Shown here piece after piece: positions 35,041-45,097 of a DNA stretch of 56,334 nucleotides. Positions within the stretch are counted from its first letter, which is position 1; every line of letters starts with the position of its first letter. The notes below the pieces were generated by a model. The model searched no databases, was not told the origin of the DNA, and saw nothing but the letters and a program-made list of their open reading frames with translations. Source of the DNA: Polyangiaceae bacterium (GTDB lineage Bacteria > Myxococcota_A > Polyangia > Nannocystales > Nannocystaceae); assembly GCA_026989935.1 (NCBI GenBank), contig JALSIN010000305.1, positions 1 to 56,334 on the forward strand. Reading direction: 5' to 3'. A program made the position numbers and the translations under genes.

Positions 35041-37428
35041 TCAGGCGGCCGCCGTGTCCTCGGACGAAACGAGCGCGATCGCGAGCACCTCGTCGATGTG
35101 TTCGACATAGTGCAGCGACAGGTCGTCGCGGACGCGCGGCGGCAGGTCCACCTCGTCCTTGCGATTGCCGGCCGGGAGGATGATCGTGCGGATCCCCGCG
35201 CGGTGTGCGGCGACCAGCTTCTCCCGGATCCCCCCCACCGGGAGCACGCGCCCGCGCAGGGTCACCTCGCCGGTCATGGCGACGTCGGGCCGGACGGGAC
35301 GCCCCGAAAGCGCGGACACCAGGGCCGTTGTGACCGTCACGCCCGCGCTGGGGCCGTCCTTGGGCACGGCGCCTTTGGGCACGTGGACATGGATGTCGTG
35401 GCGGGCGAAGAGCCCCTCGTCGATCCCGAACGAGGTCGCGCGACTGCGTACGAGGCTCGTGGCCGTCTGCCCCGACTCGCGCATCACCTCACCCAGCCGC
35501 CCGGTCAGACGGATCGTGCCGTCGCCCGGCGTCGCCAGGGCCTCGACGAACAGCAGCGAGCCGCCGGCCGGGCTCCAGCCGAGCCCCGCCACGAGCCCCA
35601 CGGGCGCGTCGTCCTCCGCCCGCTCGGGGTGGAAGCGGGGCGGGCCGAGGATCCGAAGGACGTCGTCCTCACGCACCGATCGCTCGAACGGGCGCCCTTC
35701 GGCGAGGGCAACCGCGCGATCGCGCAAGATCGCCTCCAGGGCGCGGCCGAGGTCGCGCACGCCGGCCTCCCGCGTGTACCGCTCGACGAGAAGCGCCAGG
35801 ACCTCGTCGTCCACGGTCACGGCGTCAGCCGAAAGGCCGTGGTCGGTCGAAAGTGCAGGCCACAGGTGGTCCCGGGCGATGGCGATCTTGTCCTCGATCG
35901 TGTAACCGGTCATCTCCAGGATCTCGAGCCGGTCGCGCAGCACGGGTGGGATCCGATAAGGGTCGTTCGCCGTCGCGATGAACAACACCCCGGACAGGTC
36001 GTAGGGAAGCCCCAGGTAGTGGTCTTCGAAGGCGTCGTTCTGCTCCGGGTCGAGGACTTCGAGCAGGGCGCCGGCCGGGTCCCCGCGCAGGTCCGGCGCG
36101 ACCAGTTTGTCGATCTCGTCGAGCAGGATCACCGGATTCACGGTGCCGGCGCGCTTCATCGCCTGCAGGATCCGGCCGGGTAGTGCGCCGACGTACGTGC
36201 GGCGGTGGCCGCGGATCTCGGCGTCGTCGCGCACGCCACCCAGGCTGATCCGCGTGAACTTGCGCCCCATCGCCTCGGCGATGGAACGGGCGATGGAGGT
36301 CTTGCCCACGCCCGGCGGCCCGGCCAGGCACAGAATCGGGCCGCGGATCGACGGGGCGAGCTTGCGCACACTCAAGAACTCGACGACCCGCTTCTTCGCC
36401 CGGGCAAGGCCGTGGTGGCGCGCTTCGAGCAGGTGCCGGACGGCCTCGAGATCCAGCCGGTCCTCGGTTCGCTCGTCCCCCCACGGCAGGTCGGCGATCC
36501 ACTCCAGGTAGGTGCGCGCGACCTGGGCCTCGTTGCTTTGGGGGTGCATCCGTTCGAGACGGCGAACCTCCCGCTCGACCACCCCCCGCACCTCCGGGGG
36601 CAGGTCCTTTTGGCTCAGGCGCTTGGCGAGCCTGCGGTGGGGGTCGTCGCGATCGGAGATCTGACCGAGTTCCGCCTGGATGGCGCGGAGCTTGTGTCGC
36701 AACAGCGCGCGCTGCTCGTGCCGGGACAGGTGTTCCCGCACGTGTTCGTCGAGTTCGCGTTGGACCCGTAACGCGCTGATCGCCCGGCTGGTGGCCTCCA
36801 ACATGCGCCGCAGGCGCTCGGGAACGCTGGCCTCCTCCAGCAGCGAAAGGCGAGCCTGTGGTGCAAGGTCCACGTGGGCGGCCGCCAGGTCGGCGACCCG
36901 GCCCGGGCGTGTCTCGCTGGCGATGGCCGCCGCGGCTCGCTTGCGCCGGGACGTGTGCGCCTTCGCGGGGAGAGACTCGTCATAGGTCCGCAGCAGGTCC
37001 TGCAGCGCGCCCGCCATGGCGTAGGCGAGGGCGGGGTCACCGATCTTCTCGTGCAGCGTGGCGAAGCGTACCGATGCGAAACCATCGTCCGGGATCCATT
37101 CGAGCAGGTGGACTCGCCCGATGCCCCGCACGATGGCCGTGGCGCGCCCGGGCAGGCCGTCCATCACGCGAAGTAGCTCCGCGAGCACCCCCACGCGACA
37201 GACGTCGTCGAGGCCGGGGTCCTCGGTGCCGGCGTTCTTTTGCGTGGCGACGACGATCCGGGGGGGGCGCCCTTCGCTCGATGCCAGGACTCGGGCCGCG
37301 CGGACGGCCCGCAAGGAGGCGTCGCGGCCGAGCTCGACGGGCAGGATGACCCCCGGAAAGAGCACCATGTTCCGCAGGGGCAGGGCGGGGAGGGTGTTCC
37401 GGGACGGGTCCGAAGGTTCCGGCGCCAT
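35041..37428 (-). CDS. lon: ATP-dependent Lon protease (LonA)
   Basis: LON N-domain (LPALPLRNMVLFPGVILPVELGR), Walker A GPPGVGKTS, and the catalytic PKDGPSAG motif. I set the start at ATG 37428. Confidence 0.95.
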   Translation of the reverse strand: MAPEPSDPSRNTLPALPLRNMVLFPGVILPVELGRDASLRAVRAARVLASSEGRPPRIVVATQKNAGTEDPGLDDVCRVGVLAELLRVMDGLPGRATAIVRGIGRVHLLEWIPDDGFASVRFATLHEKIGDPALAYAMAGALQDLLRTYDESLPAKAHTSRRKRAAAAIASETRPGRVADLAAAHVDLAPQARLSLLEEASVPERLRRMLEATSRAISALRVQRELDEHVREHLSRHEQRALLRHKLRAIQAELGQISDRDDPHRRLAKRLSQKDLPPEVRGVVEREVRRLERMHPQSNEAQVARTYLEWIADLPWGDERTEDRLDLEAVRHLLEARHHGLARAKKRVVEFLSVRKLAPSIRGPILCLAGPPGVGKTSIARSIAEAMGRKFTRISLGGVRDDAEIRGHRRTYVGALPGRILQAMKRAGTVNPVILLDEIDKLVAPDLRGDPAGALLEVLDPEQNDAFEDHYLGLPYDLSGVLFIATANDPYRIPPVLRDRLEILEMTGYTIEDKIAIARDHLWPALSTDHGLSADAVTVDDEVLALLVERYTREAGVRDLGRALEAILRDRAVALAEGRPFERSVREDDVLRILGPPRFHPERAEDDAPVGLVAGLGWSPAGGSLLFVEALATPGDGTIRLTGRLGEVMRESGQTATSLVRSRATSFGIDEGLFARHDIHVHVPKGAVPKDGPSAGVTVTTALVSALSGRPVRPDVAMTGEVTLRGRVLPVGGIREKLVAAHRAGIRTIILPAGNRKDEVDLPPRVRDDLSLHYVEHIDEVLAIALVSSEDTAAA

Positions 37429-37493
37429 GGTCGCAAAAGCGTAGCACCCGCCGGGGATCCGGCGCGCACGGGATCTGGTACACAACCGGGGTC

Positions 37494-39389
37494 GTGCGGA
37501 CCGCTGACCATGCGTTCGACGCGCCGGCGTCGTCGTGGGCCGCCGCCCTGGGGCTCGCTGTGGGCGTGGCCATCGCGCCGGTGCTGGGCCTCGTTCCCTC
37601 CGTGGCGAGCGCGCTGCTGGCCTGGTGGGGGGGGGGCGTAGGGCTGCGCGGGGCGCGAAGATCCGGCAGCGTCGGAGGTGAGATCGCCGCAGCGGCCGCG
37701 ACCGTGGGGCTTGCCGTCGTCCTCGGCGGTGTCGCCGCCCGCCTGACCGGTGGTGTCCTCGTCGAGATCCCGGCCGCGATCTGGGGGGCGGCGGCTGCGC
37801 TCGCCGCCACCTGGGTCACGCCGGGTCGCCCGGCCATGCGGGGGGGGCTGGCGCTCGCCGCCCTGCTGGCCGGAGCGTTGGCAGGGGACGCCTTCGAACG
37901 CGAGGGGCCCGCGGCCCGGGGCCGCGCCGTGTCGGGGCCGATCTACGGCATCCACCCCTTCCAGACGACGGCGATCCGGATCGACGGCTACGGCCCGTTC
38001 GACATCCCCCTCAACGACTACGTCGAGCCCGACGCGAACCGCGGCTACGGGCCGGAGGAACTGGCCGACGCACTCGCGCTGGCCCTGCACGCCATCGCGC
38101 GCACGCACTTTGCCGACGGGCCGGCGCGGGCCCGCGCGGCGTTCGGCGGGGCGGTCGTGCGCCCGCTGCGGACGCCCGCCGTGCGCGAACGGATCGACCG
38201 CGACCCCGAGTTCGCCACGCAGCCGCGCTTCGAGGTGGTCTCCGGCACGTACGGCCCCGGTTCGAGCGTCTCGTTCGTCTGCCCGGGCCATCGCAACGAC
38301 CCGAGGGGCTTTTCGCCCACGAGCCCGATGGTCAAGATGTGTCCCGACAAGTACGCCACGGAGGCGAGCGCCGGGCTCGGCGTGACCGGTCGCTGGGCGG
38401 GGTACGCCGAGTTTCGCGGGAGCGCCCGCACGTCCCTGGCGGCGCTCGTCGGGGCCACGCGCAGCGACGACGAGGCCGGCCGTCGCGTCGTTCGGGCCGA
38501 GCGGCTCGTCTGGGCGCTCGCGGTGGGCTTCGTGATCGCCGTCGTTGCGGGCCGTCGTGGGCTGGCGGCCAGGGCGGCCCCGCTGGGGACCGCGGCGGGA
38601 TGGGGGATCGTGGGGCTCGTCGCCGTTGCGGCCGCCGGCTCGCGCTCGCTCCGGCTCGTGGCTGTCCAGCCCTTCTCCGGGAGCGACCCCGGTGTGATCG
38701 CCGCAGGGGTGGGGGTGCTCGCCGCCCTCGTTGGATCGGCCGGGTTCTCGGATCCACCGCGGGCCGGCGCCCGGCCTCGCTGGCGTGCCTGGTGGATGCC
38801 GGGGTTGCTCGTGACGGTCGCGGCCCTGTTCGCCGCGATCGATCCGCGCGCCGTGGACTGGCTGTCGCCGGGACTTGCCGCGGTTGAGGGCAACGCGCCG
38901 GGTGTGCCTCTCGTTCGCGGTCTGGCTGGCCGCGTCGCCTCGGCGCTCGGGATCGCGGTGCAGCCGGTCGAGGCAGTGGCCGGCAGCCTCGTCGTGGCCG
39001 TCTTCGTGGGCGCAGCCGCGACCGCCGGGCGCCAGGCGGTGCGGCGGCTGCGGCCGGCGGGGGCCGCGGGCGTGGCCTTCCTGTGCAGCGGTTTGGGGCT
39101 GGCGGCCGCGCTCCTGGCCGTGTTCGCCCCGCGCGCCGGCGGCGGCGCCGTCCTCGTCCCGGTGGTCGGTGGGGTGGGCGTGGCCCTCGTGGCGGCCGGT
39201 GACCGACGCGAAGGGGTGCGTGCGGGGATCGTTCGAGCGCTCCTGGCCATCCTCGCGCTCGCGGGCGTGGGGGCTCCGCTGCTGTCCGCCAGCGCCACGA
39301 GCCCCGTCACGCTCGCCGGGATCGGGCTTGGCCTCGTGCTCGTGCTGTCGGTCGCGTGGACCCGGCGGCCGACCGGCGACGGCGGTTGA
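37494..39389 (+). CDS. polytopic membrane protein of unknown function with a central soluble domain
   Basis: There are many Ala/Gly/Val/Leu helices on both sides of a ~200-aa hydrophilic domain (GPIYGIHPFQTTAIRIDGYGPFDIPLNDYVEPDANRGYGPEE...FVCPGHRNDPRGF...MCPDKY). The overlapping antisense ORFs are Arg/Pro noise. GTG start. Confidence 0.6.
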   Translation: MRTADHAFDAPASSWAAALGLAVGVAIAPVLGLVPSVASALLAWWGGGVGLRGARRSGSVGGEIAAAAATVGLAVVLGGVAARLTGGVLVEIPAAIWGAAAALAATWVTPGRPAMRGGLALAALLAGALAGDAFEREGPAARGRAVSGPIYGIHPFQTTAIRIDGYGPFDIPLNDYVEPDANRGYGPEELADALALALHAIARTHFADGPARARAAFGGAVVRPLRTPAVRERIDRDPEFATQPRFEVVSGTYGPGSSVSFVCPGHRNDPRGFSPTSPMVKMCPDKYATEASAGLGVTGRWAGYAEFRGSARTSLAALVGATRSDDEAGRRVVRAERLVWALAVGFVIAVVAGRRGLAARAAPLGTAAGWGIVGLVAVAAAGSRSLRLVAVQPFSGSDPGVIAAGVGVLAALVGSAGFSDPPRAGARPRWRAWWMPGLLVTVAALFAAIDPRAVDWLSPGLAAVEGNAPGVPLVRGLAGRVASALGIAVQPVEAVAGSLVVAVFVGAAATAGRQAVRRLRPAGAAGVAFLCSGLGLAAALLAVFAPRAGGGAVLVPVVGGVGVALVAAGDRREGVRAGIVRALLAILALAGVGAPLLSASATSPVTLAGIGLGLVLVLSVAWTRRPTGDGG

Positions 39390-39445
39390 GGGGGTGTCCC
39401 GGCGCCGGTATGATGCCGCACCCCTCGAACGAGGGTGAACCCTCC

Positions 39446-40723
39446 ATGACCGCGCTCGCTCGTCTCCCGTTCGTGCACCGACTCCTCGCCTCCGCCCTGG
39501 CCGGCTGCCTGGCGCTCTCCGCCGTACCGGCGCGCGCGGCCGAATCTGCACCGGCCGAGGCCACGCCCGCCGAGTCGGCGAAGGCCCCGGCCACGGTCTC
39601 CGGGACCGTGGCGCTGCTGCGCTTCGATGGCCCGTCCGCGGCCTCCGACATGCGATCGGGCCTCAAGGATGCCCTCTCCGCCGCCGGGTTCACGGTCAAG
39701 AGCGTGGCGCTCGACGCCAAGGGGGCGGCCAAGAAGGCCAAGTGTCGCGGCGGTGAGATGGACGAGGCGTGTCTCGAACGGCTCGGCAAGTGGCTCAACA
39801 AGTCGTCCAAGACCGCGGCGGACTTCGTGGTCTTTGGCGGCGTGGTGCCGGGCGAGCCGGCTCCGAAGGCGCGGATCGTGCTCTACGACGTCGGCCAGGG
39901 CAAGACGGTCCAGGTCGTCGAGGGCGTGCTCGACGGAGACGACCTCATCTTGCCCATCGTGATGCCCAAGGCCGCGGCGGCGGCGCTGGCCCACCACCTC
40001 GTGCCGCCGGTGCCGACGCCGGAGGAAGAAAAGATCCTCGCGACCCTCGACGAACCCGAGAAGACCGCCGAGGAGATCGAGGCCGAGAAGCGCAAGATCG
40101 CCGAAGCCGAGGCCCAGGCGGGGCAGGTCGGCGCGGGGGACGTGGACGTGTCCGGGATCCGTTACGACCTCAAGGCAGACTTCAAGGACTACTGCCGCAA
40201 CGGTCCCCGCAAGAAGCGTGCGTCCAGGGACGAGGACATCGATCCGCGCCCGTCGTGCAAGATGGGGCCGTTTTGGGGCTACTGGCAACCGCGGGCCTGG
40301 GCGTTTTTGACGCTGACGGCCGCCGGGCTCGTGACCACCGGGGTGATGTACGGGCTGGCCCTCGGGGCGCGCAAGCCCTACAAGGACGCGCTCTCGGCGG
40401 TGCAGGACTACGAAGCCATGGTCGGGGGAGACCCCTCGCGCAACCCGAACCTCGCCTGCTCGGGTGGGACCTGCTACCAGGATCTCGCCCTCGAAGTGGC
40501 CAAAAACGGCGCCCGGATGCGCAAGTTCGCCCTGGGCGGGGACGTGGCGCTGGGGGTCACGGTCCTGCTCGCCGGCGTGTTGGGGATCATCATCTACCAG
40601 GACCGCAAGTACGCAAGGGACAAACTCACCGAGGAAAAACGCCTTCGGGCCCTTTCGGGGGTCCGGGTGGCGCCGGCCCTCGGCAAGGGCTTCGCCGGCG
40701 GCATGCTCGGCTTCCGATTCTAG
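39446..40723 (+). CDS. secreted protein with a C-terminal two-helix anchor and a Gly-rich ...GFRF terminus
   Basis: Signal peptide MTALARLPFVHRLLASALAGCLALSAVPARA-AES. Coiled/charged region EEIEAEKRKIAEAEAQ. Two hydrophobic helices. It ends LGKGFAGGMLGFRF. The start could instead be ATG 39410. Confidence 0.7.
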   Translation: MTALARLPFVHRLLASALAGCLALSAVPARAAESAPAEATPAESAKAPATVSGTVALLRFDGPSAASDMRSGLKDALSAAGFTVKSVALDAKGAAKKAKCRGGEMDEACLERLGKWLNKSSKTAADFVVFGGVVPGEPAPKARIVLYDVGQGKTVQVVEGVLDGDDLILPIVMPKAAAAALAHHLVPPVPTPEEEKILATLDEPEKTAEEIEAEKRKIAEAEAQAGQVGAGDVDVSGIRYDLKADFKDYCRNGPRKKRASRDEDIDPRPSCKMGPFWGYWQPRAWAFLTLTAAGLVTTGVMYGLALGARKPYKDALSAVQDYEAMVGGDPSRNPNLACSGGTCYQDLALEVAKNGARMRKFALGGDVALGVTVLLAGVLGIIIYQDRKYARDKLTEEKRLRALSGVRVAPALGKGFAGGMLGFRF

Positions 40724-40814
40724 GGGCGCCCGCGCCGCTCCTTGTCGGCGCATCGCCCAACGGGCTTCGTGAGAGAGGGGCGAGGTTCCTCGATGGCGCT
40801 CCTGGGGCAGCGCG

Positions 40815-42005
40815 TCAGGGGCGTGTTGCCGCTGGGCGGTTCGTACGGCGACGCACGAGTCCGCCGAGGACGAGGATGGTCAGCAGGCGCGCGGGTGCGG
40901 CCGGGCCCCTCCCGGTGCGGCAGCCGCAGCCGGCGGCGCCGCCGTCCTCGTTTCCGGCACTTGAGGCGGTCGTGCCGCCCGTCCCCGCCGTGTCGCCTCC
41001 GGTCGAGCCGCTTCCGCAGCGGTCGTCGGGGGCCTCGTCACCGGGTGCGGCGGGCGTGAACATGTCGCAGAAGGTGGGCTTGAACGGCACGTTCGGATCC
41101 AGGCAGTCCGCCGTGCTCGGTCCGACCAGGCGGTAGGCGGAGAAGGTCTCGTGGGAGCGGCCCATGGGGTCTTCGATCCGCCCGAAAAATCGGACCTGCG
41201 CCTCGGCGACGGACTGGGGCCAGACGAACGGGATGTTGATGACGGGTTCGCTGGCCGGATAGCAGGCCGCGACGAGCCCCTCCATCGGCTCCTCGCCGGG
41301 CAACACGGATGTTTGCCACGAAAGGTCGAGGGTGGAGCCGGCCGGGGCGTTCGTACAAACCTTCACCTGGTATCGCTGGCTCGGATAGTACGTCGTCCCG
41401 AACCCGAGATCGACGATGTACAGGCTCGGCGGCGCCGCGTCCGGGTCCGGTCCCGAGACGATCTTGAAGGCGCCGGGGAAGGGAAACCAGGCGTTGAAGC
41501 GCCCGGCGTCCACGTAGGCGTACAGCAGGTAGGTTCCGTCGGGAAGCTGCGAGGTGTCGAAGTCGAAGCCGGCGGTCGCCTGGTCGGCCGTCACGGGCAG
41601 CGGATCGCCGAGTGCGTACCAGGTGCCGGCGAGGTCCTGGTTCTTCTCCAGGATCTGTTCGTCGGGCACGACGCCCACCTCGCAATCCGATCCCATGAAC
41701 AGGGTGGTCGCGTCGTCCACCTGCGCCTGCGAAAGCCACAGGGGCAGGACCGAGGGACGGGCCGAGAAGGCGTAGAAGTGAAGGGACTGCTCCCATCCCG
41801 GCTGGATCATGGCGAGTTGCTCGGGCGGGTGGCTGTACGCGATGTGGACGGTGGGGGCAGCGGTCTTGTCCACCACCGTGATGCAGTCGGCCGACTCGAA
41901 GTCCACGCCGACGGGCGTGGCCGCGCAGTTGCTCGCGCGGGCGGCTAAGGGGGCGGCCACGAGGGTGGTCGCAGCCGCGATGGGTGAGGCGATGCGGGCG
42001 AGCAT
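40815..42005 (-). CDS. secreted protein with a MYXO-CTERM sorting domain
   Basis: Signal peptide MLARIASPIAAATTLVAAPLAARA. The C-terminus GGAAGCGCRTGRGPAAPARLLTILVLGGLVRRR has the GCGC, hydrophobic helix, Arg cluster pattern of MYXO-CTERM. I trimmed the start to ATG 42005. Confidence 0.82.
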   Translation of the reverse strand: MLARIASPIAAATTLVAAPLAARASNCAATPVGVDFESADCITVVDKTAAPTVHIAYSHPPEQLAMIQPGWEQSLHFYAFSARPSVLPLWLSQAQVDDATTLFMGSDCEVGVVPDEQILEKNQDLAGTWYALGDPLPVTADQATAGFDFDTSQLPDGTYLLYAYVDAGRFNAWFPFPGAFKIVSGPDPDAAPPSLYIVDLGFGTTYYPSQRYQVKVCTNAPAGSTLDLSWQTSVLPGEEPMEGLVAACYPASEPVINIPFVWPQSVAEAQVRFFGRIEDPMGRSHETFSAYRLVGPSTADCLDPNVPFKPTFCDMFTPAAPGDEAPDDRCGSGSTGGDTAGTGGTTASSAGNEDGGAAGCGCRTGRGPAAPARLLTILVLGGLVRRRTNRPAATRP

Positions 42006-42212
42006 GGGCGTAAGTGTACTGCGGCGGGCCGACCGGGGCCCGCCCGTCCTGCGCCCGCTGCACTCGATCGGGGCCGTCGGCCATCCGGGGACGGCATCGC
42101 CGCGGTGCCAGGGGCCGCGGGCGGTGGAGGCTGGGGCGGCGTGCACGTATCCGGTCGCGCAAGCGCCGAGCGCAGGGGGGACCGGTGCGGCTGGGCCCGT
42201 GCCGGGGATCGG

Positions 42213-43346
42213 CTACGCGCCGCCAGCCGTTGCGCCGGCATCCTCCGCGGCCGGTTTCGTCGCGTCGCCGTCGGAACCGGCTGGTGGTGCACCGGGCGCC
42301 GGTTTGGACTCGCTCGCCTGGCCCGCCGTGTCGTCTCCTTCCGGTGCGGCTGCCGCCCCGTCGCCGTCGCCCGCGGGCTCGTCGTCCGGGCAGGCCTCGA
42401 AGCCCACGTAGTCCGGGTCGCAGGGGTCGGTGATCGCCTGCCGCTCCACCTGGACCGCCGGGGCGGTGGTGCCGTCGGCCACCTTGCGCCAGGTCACGTC
42501 CACCTTGAGGAAGGTCGTGCCCTCCTTGGGGTCGAACTTGCGCAGCTCGCCGTGCCGCTCGGCCAGGAAGGAATCCGACAGGGAGAAGAACGCCTCGGTG
42601 GTGCCGTTCCACTCGTTGCGACGGCTGCCCGCCTTCGTCGTGATGACCTCCTCGCCGCGATCGTCGAGGACGAGCTTGGCGAGCTTGCGACCGGTCTTCG
42701 GATCCTGGAAGTAGCCCTCGAAGGTGGTCTTCTTCGTGCCCTTGCGATAGCGGCCCAGCTTCCCCTTGCGTCCCTTCTTCTCCGTCTCCTCCCACGAGGC
42801 GCCCGGCTGGAGGGGCTCGCCGGGGACTTGCAAGAAGGCGTCGTCGAGGCTGTCGAGGACCCCCTGGATCACCAGGCGAAGTTCGTCGTCCACCTCCGAC
42901 GGCACGGGCGGCAAGTAGTGGACCGAGCCGTCGGCGCCCACGTTGAAGCGGATCTCCATACCCTGGACCTGGCGGACCGCCTGCTCGATGAACTCGTCCA
43001 CCGAGATGCTGATCGCACTCGGAGGCAGGGTCCACTGGATCTTGACGTTGTGGAACGTGGCGCGCACCAGGATGTCGCCCCGCTTCGGGTCCTTGCCGAG
43101 GATCTGCAGGCGCACGTCGTACTCGAGCACGCGGTTGAGGTTGCCCATGGCCCCGCTGGCCGTCTCGGCGCGGCGCACGTGCCCCTCGAAGGTGCGCCCG
43201 GGGGAGAAGTCGTAGGCAAGCCGGATGCCGCCTTCGGGGACCGTAAGCGGCTGGTACTTGGGGCCGCAGGCGGGGCCGACGGTCAGGAGCGCAAGCAGCA
43301 GACAGCGCAGCCAGTAGGCGGCGGAGGCGAGGTCGCGGGGCTTCAT
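42213..43346 (-). CDS. lipoprotein of unknown function
   Basis: Lipobox LLALLTVGPAC-GPK. The sequence is non-repetitive and protein-like, with an acidic C-terminal tail. Its ATG overlaps the stop of the upstream L,D-transpeptidase gene (ATGA). Confidence 0.78.
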   Translation of the reverse strand: MKPRDLASAAYWLRCLLLALLTVGPACGPKYQPLTVPEGGIRLAYDFSPGRTFEGHVRRAETASGAMGNLNRVLEYDVRLQILGKDPKRGDILVRATFHNVKIQWTLPPSAISISVDEFIEQAVRQVQGMEIRFNVGADGSVHYLPPVPSEVDDELRLVIQGVLDSLDDAFLQVPGEPLQPGASWEETEKKGRKGKLGRYRKGTKKTTFEGYFQDPKTGRKLAKLVLDDRGEEVITTKAGSRRNEWNGTTEAFFSLSDSFLAERHGELRKFDPKEGTTFLKVDVTWRKVADGTTAPAVQVERQAITDPCDPDYVGFEACPDDEPAGDGDGAAAAPEGDDTAGQASESKPAPGAPPAGSDGDATKPAAEDAGATAGGA

Positions 43347-45082
43347 GGCCGGCGAAGGGTAGCAGCCCCGGATGCGCCCCGGGGCCGGCCGTGGTGGACG
43401 CCGTTGCGCGGCTGCGGCTCGGCGCTTCGTGCCGCCGTTCCACCCGGAACGGGAGGCGGCGCTGCCCGGGAGGCGGCCGGGCCCGTGCGTTCCTTCCTCG
43501 GGACGACCGCGTCGGCGGCGTCCTCCGGCCGGGGGGCGGCCGGGGAGGGGCCGCCGCTGGATGCCGGACCGGGGCGCTGCGCGGCTGGCAGCGAGGCGTC
43601 ACCGACCCCCGCCCCCCTCGCCATGCCCACGTCGGACACCGTCGCGGGCGGTGGACCGGGGGGCGAGGTCGTCGGGGGTGGGATCCGTCCCGGGTTCGCG
43701 GGCGGCGTCGCCCGGCGACGTGCGAGGGCTTCTTCGGTCTTGCGCTTTTCTTCCTCTGGATCGGGCGGTCCGGGCGGCCGCTCCTGCAGGAAGCGCCGGT
43801 CTGGTCCGAGGGCGGAGTTCTCCACGTACACGAGCGGTGCGCGCTCGGGGGCGGGGAAGTAGCCCGTCCATCCGTCGGGCAGGGCGGGCCCCAGGAACCG
43901 GTAGACCCAAAGGGCCGCCGCCGGGGGCAGGTTCACGCAGCCGTGGCTGCGCCGGTGGCCGAAGCCGTCGTGCCAGTACGCGCCATGCAGAGCGTTGTGC
44001 CCCTGGAAGAACACGGACCACGGGACCTGCTGGACCATGTAGGCGTCGTCTTCGTAGGCCTGGTTGTCCATGTCGATGGTGCGGACGATGCCCCACACGG
44101 GGTAGAGGCCGCGGGGCGTCGGGTTCCTCGCCCCCGATGAGACGAGTGTCGCGAAGTAGGGGCGCCCGCCCCGGTACACCACCGCGACCTGCGTCCCGAG
44201 ATCCACGTGCACCCAGGCCGTGTGGTTCGGGTGTCCGGTGGCGGCAAGGTGCCGGACGACGGGCTCGGGTGGCCGCTCGAACAGGCGCAGCGGTGCGACA
44301 CGCCGCGCCGGGATCCAGCCCTCCGCACCGTCTTCCGTCCGAACGAGTACCATGGACTTGGCCCCGTCGTCGGCCGGGTGGCGCGCGAGGATCTGGACGA
44401 TCCCCCGGTCCTTCGTGCGGCCGGTGACCGGTGCGCGGGGCGACGGCGCCGATCGCAGGGAGACCTGCTTGCGCCGAAGGAGGGCCAGGCGCTCCGTGGC
44501 CCCCGGCTCGATCGTCGGTGGCAGGAAGATGCCGCGGAACGCCGACCCCGATCCGAGGTAGGCCACTGCATCACGTGGGATCAGGTGGCCGTGGACGTCC
44601 CGCACGTACCGTATGCCGTCGAGGGGGCGGGCGCCGACGACGGCCAGGGTCATGCCCTTTTCGAGCTGGCGGAAGGGGACGCCTTGGATGGCCGCTGCCT
44701 CGTCCTCGTAGGCCGGGGTGCCATCGGTTCGGACCAGGGCGTAGCGGAAGGGGAGCGGCTCGAACGACGGCCGCGCGGCGGGGGGCGGGTTGGAGACCGG
44801 GCGCACGTGCCCGCGGCACACGAGCCCGAACGGCCACACGGCGTACGCTCCCTTCGGACACCGCACGTCCCCGGGGTGGTGTGGGACCTCGCCGCGCACG
44901 ACGAGCACGGTGCCGCGCGCGACGGTGGCGGCCCGTACGCGCCGACCCGCGAGGTCGCGGTGCACGAACGTCTCCCGGTGGCGCGCCTCCACGTACGTCA
45001 CCTCGCTCGGCACCACTTCGGGGCCGGGCTCGAGCCAACGGACCGCGGCGAGAAAGGTGACGATCGCGAGGGAAGGGGGCAT
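43343..45082 (-). CDS. L,D-transpeptidase (YkuD domain) with N-terminal SH3-like regions and a Pro-rich tail
   Basis: The catalytic region HGAYWHDGFGHRRSHGCVNL contains the YkuD His...SHGC motif. A long Pro/Ala-rich C-terminus follows. Confidence 0.85.
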   Translation of the reverse strand: MPPSLAIVTFLAAVRWLEPGPEVVPSEVTYVEARHRETFVHRDLAGRRVRAATVARGTVLVVRGEVPHHPGDVRCPKGAYAVWPFGLVCRGHVRPVSNPPPAARPSFEPLPFRYALVRTDGTPAYEDEAAAIQGVPFRQLEKGMTLAVVGARPLDGIRYVRDVHGHLIPRDAVAYLGSGSAFRGIFLPPTIEPGATERLALLRRKQVSLRSAPSPRAPVTGRTKDRGIVQILARHPADDGAKSMVLVRTEDGAEGWIPARRVAPLRLFERPPEPVVRHLAATGHPNHTAWVHVDLGTQVAVVYRGGRPYFATLVSSGARNPTPRGLYPVWGIVRTIDMDNQAYEDDAYMVQQVPWSVFFQGHNALHGAYWHDGFGHRRSHGCVNLPPAAALWVYRFLGPALPDGWTGYFPAPERAPLVYVENSALGPDRRFLQERPPGPPDPEEEKRKTEEALARRRATPPANPGRIPPPTTSPPGPPPATVSDVGMARGAGVGDASLPAAQRPGPASSGGPSPAAPRPEDAADAVVPRKERTGPAASRAAPPPVPGGTAARSAEPQPRNGVHHGRPRGASGAATLRRP

Positions 45083-45097
45083 CGTGGACGTCCGTTT

